Origin: Bugula neritina
Lineage: Eukaryota > Animalia > Bryozoa
Assembly: GCA_964035545.1 (NCBI GenBank)
Contig: OZ037765.1
Span: 620,001 to 684,000, forward strand
DNA: 64,000 nt
Direction: 5' to 3'
A program made the translations under genes and the position numbers. This document shows, in pieces, positions 55,442 through 64,000 of the stretch. The notes under the pieces were generated by a model. It had not been told where the DNA came from, ran no database searches, and saw nothing but the letters and a program-made list of their open reading frames with translations. The number at the start of each line of letters is the position of its first letter. Position 1 is the first letter of the stretch.

Positions 55442-57975
55442 ATGCGTCTGTCTGTAGCTGTGTTAGTTTGTCTTTCTCTTGCTTTTGTCACCCAGACTCA
55501 AGGAATCGGTAAGTAACACTTATTCTTTATGAGGAGAAAATTATTTATGTTCTTTTTTATAGCAATAATTATAATAACTTTTTATAATTTTACTGTCTTT
55601 GTTACAATGCCAATATAATTTCTTATACTTTTGCATTAATATCATATACCTAGCTCTATTATAATAATAAATTTATTAAACCCTAAATATTTTTGCCATT
55701 TATTTACCTCAGAATCATTTCCAACACGCAACCTTTTTCTTTCTCCAAATATTGTCATGTTTCTAACTCAACTGCTTCCGAACCCGCCTGCATTTACACT
55801 TCCTGTAACTGATACATGCATGTGCAAATTAAGCATAAAAATGCAATAAAATATATTTGACTCACCTTCAGCATTTACTTATAAGCAATACATACATGTA
55901 GATATATCAGTTAGAACTTCTTTTTCAACTATAGATATATATAATGTATATAAAATGATCTCAGAGTCATTCTCTCGTTTAATTTCTTTCAATGATTTTT
56001 CAATCTCCAGTCTTTTGTTTTTCAAATAGCAACATAGACATAACTTTGGAGTTATTAAAGTTTATATGGATGTTCTATAATCTGTTTCAGTTCTATAAGT
56101 GCCTCAATCCCCTTTTTTCTATTTTTTGGAACATAAGCACTTGTTTTGTAATTTCCAAACAAAATTGAAATTTTATTTTTAAAATATTAAACTCTTAATA
56201 TACTTTTATTAATTTTTGTTTTAGTAAGCGATGCTTGTCTGGATTGTATTATTAAGGTAAGTTACTGCATATAGTAGGCCTACGTTATACTTACTAATTA
56301 CTTACTAACATGAACTAATTTTTATTCCCTGCTATTACCTCTGATTACCTCTGATAAGGTAGAACGCTCTTGACCATCATATGACGTTAGTAGAGCGCCT
56401 CATGTGTGTGACAGTGAGTGCTCCGTTTTTTTTAGTGCTTCCGCATTACCGCTGATATTATTCAATTTAGATAGTGATATTTAAAAGGAAAATTGATAGG
56501 TAAGCTAGGTAAATCCTCTCATGTCGCGTATCGTTCTTGGTAAGAAACTTTGGTGGTAACAGCTAGAGCGAGAAGAAATGGAGTTGGGTAAACCTTGGGT
56601 TGCTGATCTCGTAGTTACGGACATGAGAGAGCGATTTTCCACAACCTCATCATAGTCTGATGCAAGTGTACTGTGTGTGGCTTCAGACTGTAGAATACGT
56701 GTCAATAGTGTGAGTCTATGATTTTTACGCCTCGTTTGTAATGGTAGTAGACCCAGTTCGCATCGAGCGTCACTAACACTCTCTCGCCCCTTGAGACCTG
56801 ATATGAACCTCACAGCACGATTCTGAACCATTTCTATATCATGTATGGTGGAAAAAAAAAAATATAATACTGTTAGTAAAGATATAAGATGGAGAAAACT
56901 ATTATAACCAAATACATAAACTCCAATAAACTAAAGTGTTTGTGTTTTCAGGTAGAGAGTTTTTGGGATGGTTATTGTCAATCGGTCAATTGGTCAATTG
57001 ATTCTAACTTGTGTAATAAATATGCTAAGATCACAGAGCAATTCTACATTGAATGTGGTAAACCTGGAACTGGTGAGATACATATTTCATATACTAGCTG
57101 CCAACCCATGCAGTTATATAGCTAAAGTTTGCTGGACTATAAGATATTCTTTTAAAGTTCTAATTAAAGTAGCAAGGTTCTAATTTGATTAACACAGAAT
57201 ATCATCTCTTAGAACATTCAGCCATATAACTTATGTTTTTGACATATTATAGTTGCCATGGTGAGTAGAAAAATAAATAAGCAACAACAAAATTTTGGAT
57301 TTTCTGCTTTACTATAAAATATGCAAAAGTATTATAATAGTTAATAGGATCTTAAATATAAAGTATTTCAATAACATCATTCATTATCTTTCTTGCCTGT
57401 AGTATTTCATATATAACGAGTACATGTCACATGGGAACCTGATTTGTGATTTACAAAAATGAACGCACTCAAAACTCTAGATCCTTTATATACATATTAT
57501 TATGTAACATTAAATGATAAATTTTAAAGACATTTTTTCCAATTTCACTCTAATGTTAAGGTGATTAGCACTAGTGACTGTAATGTGTAATAAAAGAGAA
57601 AGATTAAATACAATATCATATAGCATATAAAAAGCTTTTAATAATCTAATAACTTATACCCCATGGAAGAGAGTGTTTTCATTTCTGTCTATACATTAAT
57701 GTTTTCTTTGCTTGGCAGATTATAAGAGTTGCCTTGCCGATGACTCATGCGCCAGAGAATGTATTCGGAAGTACGTGACTAAATATGAAGACAGATGTTT
57801 GTCTCATCTCGTTAGAAGGACTGAGGACCTGGACTGTCAAGCCTATGGCAGAATTTACGCTGGAGGACCTAATGGCTGCACAATATCTTCTACTGACTAT
57901 TATGGCAGATTTATATATGGTATATGTGGGCTAGGTCCTGCTCATAACGACGCAACAGCAGGCCCAGTACTTTAA
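55442..57975 (+). CDS. Lys7: divergent i-type lysozyme-like protein, 158 aa; exons 55442-55508, 56225-56256, 56952-57072, 57719-57975
   Basis: CLDCIIKVESFWDGYCQSVNWSIDSNLCNKYAKITEQFYIECGKPG...DCQAYGRIYAGGPNGC...ICGLGPAHNDATAGPVL*; HNGGP replaced by YAGGP. Confidence 0.92.
56336..56862 (-). mobile_element. 5'-truncated non-LTR retrotransposon (CR1/L2-group-like) in Lys7 intron 2
   Basis: ORF2 C-terminus VQNRAVRFI...LGLLPLQTRRKNHRL...SFLPRTIRD; 3' tail (ATCAGAGGTA)2; absent from the homologous Lys4 intron. Confidence 0.88.
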
Positions 57976-58385
57976 ACTAGGATTGTTTGATTATGTAATA
58001 ACAGCTAATTATACACAATATTTAATTTAAATGCTTTCTGATTAAACAATAACTTATAAACAACAATTCCTAAGTTTAAGTATGTTTTGAATTTACTAAA
58101 TAAATACTAAAGCAGTTTTACTTTCTGAATTAAAATAAAAGATAGCAAATGTATTACCTAAATTTGTTATGCTCTTTTCAATAACCCTCTAAATAATGGA
58201 GAAATTCTTCTTTAAAAACATAAAACATTTAAAACATGACATCAATGACATCTGGCATATTGATATAAGCACATGTCACAGTGATATTATATCTACGACC
58301 TAATTTTAGAGCATGAAAGATTAGCTAATTATTAACTTATATAATAGTTCCACTATATATAAGTAGTTGTTGATCAGAAATAAGC

Positions 58386-59051
<666 letters not shown>

Positions 59052-59301
59052 TCATGCAGTCCTATAGACATAGCAGTAGCAAATCCAACATTGTTATGGT
59101 ATTTGTTTATTACAACATTTAAATTTGTATGGAAATAATGTTTTTATTTATAGTATACTTCTATTTATAGATTCATGAAACTTGTTTTAAAAAGAACGCA
59201 TCATTTTTTATAAAAATATCACAGAATAGTTTAATAGCAGGCTATGAGCTTGCTAATATATATAATATGTTTACTTACTACATAATTATATGTTTACTTA
59301 C

Positions 59302-59964
59302 TGGTAATCCCCACATCCAACCTCAGCCTTTCCATTTCTCTCACAGCTAGCTGGTGGTCCTTCTTTTCTCTACAACATCCAGGATGATGCAATGCTCATA
59401 TAATATTCCATTGTAATTGTCTAGAATATCAGCAGTTCTTAAACTATATCTGCAGTAAAAATGCTTTGCGATGTTCAGCTTATTATTTAATTTTTTAACT
59501 GGTGTATTTCCTATGCATACTGATAATTGAATTCAGGCTCTCCATTGGTTTCATTCACATTACAGCCTATCTGTAAGTGTGGTAACTGTGAACACATGCA
59601 GCAACAATTCTTAAATAGATATTTCATTTTTCTTTGCTAAGGAAAAAATATAATAAAGGATTTAATCAGAATTTTTATTAGCAGTAGCTAATTATCACCG
59701 TGGCAACATCATCACACAACTTAACATTAACTTGTTTATGGAAATATATAACGAGATACCATTACTCATTGATATGCTCCCATTGTTTTTTGTTGCAAAT
59801 AAGAGAAGTTTTAACAAACAATCATTAAATTCCTGTCTATTTTTATAGTCTTTTATGATTTTAATTCTATTTAAATTGTTATTTTAAAGACAGACTTTTA
59901 GTCTGTTTCAGTGAACACTTACCCTGCCAATACACCTGATATACATTCCCTACTGACCACACTG
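59302..59964 (-). pseudogene. Lys8: inverted, internally deleted copy of Lys3 (part of exon 2, intron 2, part of exon 3)
   Basis: SVVSREC(+2 nt)IRCIGR|...RKEGPPASCERNGKAEVGCGDY; intron near-identical to 31954-32502; 58260-59280 matches the Lys3 3' flank 33420-33785. Confidence 0.9.
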
Positions 59965-59996
59965 CTAGAATATCATCTCAGTGTGGACTGAACTAA
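59964..59996 (+). pseudogene. Orphan 3' end of a lysozyme last exon
   Basis: GCT AGA ATA TCA TCT CAG TGT GGA CTG AAC TAA = ARISSQCGLN*, followed by sequence resembling the Lys6 3' flank. Confidence 0.7.
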
Positions 59997-61479
59997 TGTA
60001 TTGAATTGGTTACAATATGCTTCAGTCTGCTTTTAATTAGTCCAGTGTAATAGAAGTCTTATATTTGCACTATAGTATTTTATTATTATAATTTTTTTTA
60101 CTAAAAAAATATTAAATTTTGCTTTAGTCTATGAAGAATATTTCAAATACATTTTACCTTCACTATATTAACGAAGTAGTTGTATAACACCTATTATGCC
60201 TGCTTTAACATGAAGCAAAAATAAAATGATTGCGAAATCGTCACCTTTTTTCAATATAATTTCCAATGAACTCTAGAACAATGAAAAAATCTTTTCCATT
60301 AAAATATTGCTTTGGCAATCGGCTACTATGTTAAAACGTGGATGAATTATCACCTTTTCTGTCGTTACTGCAGTAACAATAAAGAAGGTGATAAAAAAAT
60401 ATTACATAAAAAATAATATATGTTTATGTTATAATTCTTTTTTATAAAAATAACACTAACTAGTGGTGGTTAGAAGGGGGAAATAATTCCTAAACAAAAG
60501 TTATAAAGTACATGCTTCCAAATTTCACTATTAAATGTATTGCTCTAAATTCATTTTATTCAAAACATAAGTTTAAAGAGTTATCTTTCCTACTTAGCAT
60601 ATCAGAATAAAATAGACAACTCTTAAGTGATTTTTCAAAAACTTTTCATAAATTGAATAATTGCTAGACATACTTTAGAGAGAGAACATTTAATAAACTC
60701 TACAATACTGTTTACTTATAGATGCAGAATATTTATAAGCAGGTAAACTTTATAAATATTTATGAATTTTATAAAGTTTAGCTTTGATCATAAAATAATT
60801 ATGCTTAGCTTCGAGTCCTAACTTTAGATTTGTAATTGAACATGATAATCGTTTAGCATTACAAATAGCAAATTTTTGGAAAGTAGCTTTATAAAACAGA
60901 TATTTCTTTGTGCACAAGTTGAAAAATTTGATGTAAATGCCGTGCTTGTAATTAAAATGTGTTATACTCTTATACTCAGAGTACATGTTTGCATATTATA
61001 ACCATAGAGTTAACTGTAAAGACCTAAAGCTAAAACAAAGGAGGTGGGTGACCTAGGCTACCCCTCACTAACAAAGTTTGTTGTCCTCAAACACCCACTC
61101 TTTAGATCAAAGGGCTCGTGCTAGAAAGAAAGCTGAGCAGTATTATGTAACCAGACTATCCAGTTCATTGAATTCCTAGTCTGCTTGTTCCTACGTGATT
61201 ATTTCGGTAAATTGACTTTCCTTTGTACTAGATCGTGACAAAAGGTTAATGCAGTGCAATAATAGCCTGCAAACCTACCCAACTAAGTCTAATAACTAGG
61301 GTAGTACAGAACCTGCACCCTTCCCTTAATGATCAGTATGGTGGGCTATTGAAGTGGCAGTAAGTAGTTGACAATCAAATTGTTTACCTTTGAGTTAGTG
61401 TGATTAGATAATCTAATTAAAGTAAACAACCAGCTATTGTGAGCTCAACATGAATACAAAATAGCCTTGCTTCTGCTAG

Positions 61480-62936
61480 ACAAAGGGGCTTTTTGCATCC
61501 AGCCCCAAAATTTATCTGTCAGAATTCAGTATCTCAGACTAAGTTGACATTTAGCAGCACAGCAAGAAGGCTTGCTGACTTCTCAGGAAGCTTAACATCA
61601 CGCTGCCATCAAAGGTTCACCTCGCAGTCAGCACCCACAGGTGATGCAGTAGTTATATTATTATATAATAATGTTCTTATATACAATAGAATAATATAAC
61701 AGCTTATGTTTTATAGTGTATTACATGCATGTTTGTTTTGTACATATATGTAATACTGTACTTATAATTAACTTCCAGCATATGTATGGCATAATATAAA
61801 TACATATGTTATACTGACTTTATACTACGTGTGGTTATATTCACATATATGCTTTGTAATTTGCAACAACTTATATTATCATTTCTCTTTTTTTGGAAGT
61901 TTTTCTCCGCTATAGGACGAAAAGTTAGCTATTCGTTGGCTTTTAAACTATAAGCCTGTTCACAAACTCTACCTTCTAGTGTCACGATATAACACAGAGT
62001 GTATAGCAACTGTCAAACTTTCCTTCCCTAGGCTTTTATGTCGCAACTGATCCCTGGTGTGTTCCAGCAATTTAATATCTCTAGCCTTTGAAAACTGGAC
62101 ATAATATACCAAAGGATTTGTGAAATAGAAAATATTATCTATATTATAGGTAAAAAAATGTATAATGAAATATTGATTGTATACTATTGAGGATTTAATA
62201 TCAAATGTGTGAGATTTTAGCAGTTTTGTAAAACCTCCTATTCTAAGTGAAATGTTAGCATAATTTGCTAAATGTACTGCTAATTGATAAATTCCCCAAT
62301 TCTCATTTATAGCGCTGTATTGTATGTTCAGTATGCTCAATATCCAGAATTACAGCTGCTGCCATTGTGCCATTGTGCCATTGCTGCTTAAGATAGATTC
62401 TATACATAGAACGAATAAAACAATGGAATCTGTAAAAATCTTGGATTTTGGGAGCATAACTCTAAGACAATAATATAATAGGCCTAGTATATTAGTTCTT
62501 AATTTAAACAATAAACAGCAAAAAGCTGTCTACAATATGTATGACATTATGCAATATGGGAAGAAAACAAATTAGAAATTATAAAAAATGTCATATATAT
62601 TTTTTAAAGTTGAAATATAATAATATACTATAATATAATAAACAATTGTATATAATAAAGAAAAGTGTTAGAGTTGTATTACATCACACACTGTAATATA
62701 ACTGTATGAATACTTCTTGTAGTTCAGAAGAGAATAATGCCAGGGTCTGCTAAAGATAACAGCAGTGTCACCAGTTCTACTCCATCCAATCTGGTTGTGA
62801 GGTTAGCACCGTTGCCACGACGACCACCACTTCCTGCCAACATCTGGTCAGGTGAGTGTGGGTAATTTACCAACGGTTATTGAATTGTTTGCTTAGCTTC
62901 AGAGAAGACAACTTCTCTACTTCACAGTAAAATGAG
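61480..62936 (+). other. Possible exons of an unidentified or degenerate gene (~61480-61640, 62723-62851)
   Basis: GC-richer islands with AG/GT borders and phase-compatible reading (QRGFLHPAPK...SAPT|VQKRIMPG...PRRPPLPANIWS); no recognisable homology, and competing minus-strand splice signals. Confidence 0.25.
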
Positions 62937-64000
62937 CTGAAGCAAAGACCAATATTTACTACTTGGAAGTTGTCCCCCTGTAATCGCCAATGCGTGTCTC
63001 CCTCCCCCCCTTGTAGTTTCAGTTCGGTGGCTGTAATATTTTAGGCTTGCTACCCTTCAGTCTGAAACAATAAATATGCAGGCAATGTAGATTGCATTTG
63101 TAGCAAAATTTATTATAGCTCAATTCTATAATCTAAATATAAATTCCAACTATGGAGGGACAAATCATAATGAAACATTCTGCAATAGCTTTTACATTAG
63201 CCTATACAATTTCTTGCAGTTATATTTTTATAATATTTGAGAAAAAAGTTGTTAGTTTGAAGCTCTCTATTCAATTCTGAAAATTATAATATTTGACTTC
63301 TTTTCATTATTTTAAATGCACAAAGACATCCTTGAAATACTAATGAAATGAAACAAATCAATACATATGGATAAAGGCACTAAACAATGCTGTAATTAAA
63401 AGGCAACAAGTAAAACAGTTCTTGGGTCAAATGAAAGGCTAGAAATAAAAATTCTCATTCTGTGGTTTTAGTTTAGATTTGATTATCCATCTAACAATAA
63501 TCATAAGAAATACTTATAGGAAACACAAAATTATTACTAGCTGGGACATGCTATATAAGGTTAAAATAATGACACGCTATCACCATTATAATAAATTATA
63601 ATTACCATTCCGAACAATAATAATCCTAATTCAGTACCAAGTTTCCACTATTACAAGAGCTGGGGGAATAGACAAATGGTGTCCATAATCACTTTTTGAT
63701 ATCATAAATTCGTCAAAGTGATGAGTTATATACAAGTATTTTCTCATACACATCCCAAACTAAGTCACCATTTCTCTTCCATCATATTAAATGTTTGCTT
63801 TGAATGGCACATTAATCAGTATTCAATCATCTGAAATATGACAATTAATACACTTTATATGTTCTTATGCATATATAGAAGTGGTGGTCTACTATATATT
63901 CTATGGATAGCAAACTCTTGTTTATAATAATAGCCTTTCAGTATCAGTACTGGACACGCAAGGGTGTAAACTTTTTACTCATATAGTAAATACATACTCA

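Noticed and set aside
61969-63830. Minus-strand exon-like segments near the window end
   Set aside because: Splice signals are present, but no consistent open frame could be assembled.

Overview
AT-rich, intron-containing invertebrate (animal) genomic DNA. 1-4.3 kb: a defective, spliced P-superfamily (THAP9-like) DNA transposon (1168-4253, 8-bp TSD GAACTACT). Its 3' end is mirrored as a perfect 2.3-kb palindrome whose axis lies inside the TSD. 5-19 kb: three minus-strand multi-exon genes assembled by hand with phase-consistent GT-AG introns. These are a ~1650-aa His/acid-rich repeat protein with hydrophobic segments at both ends, a ~430-aa basic low-complexity orphan, and a ~303-aa secreted two-Sushi (CCP) protein with a GPI-type tail. 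22.5-60 kb: a tandem/inverted array of invertebrate-type (i-type, destabilase-like) lysozyme genes, with five intact 4-exon copies, one full-length frameshifted copy and four fragments. Two intact copies keep the canonical catalytic residues and three have remodelled active sites; for the Lys4/Lys7 pair the exons have diverged much faster than the introns. The array also carries a Gypsy LTR+RT remnant fused to one lysozyme promoter, a 5'-truncated LINE, several MITEs, spacerless palindromes and a (TA)n-hairpin-(TA)n cassette whose empty site is visible in a paralog. A SINE lies just upstream of the Sushi gene. Lys1-Lys8 are my own labels. All family assignments come from motif recognition by eye, not database searches.
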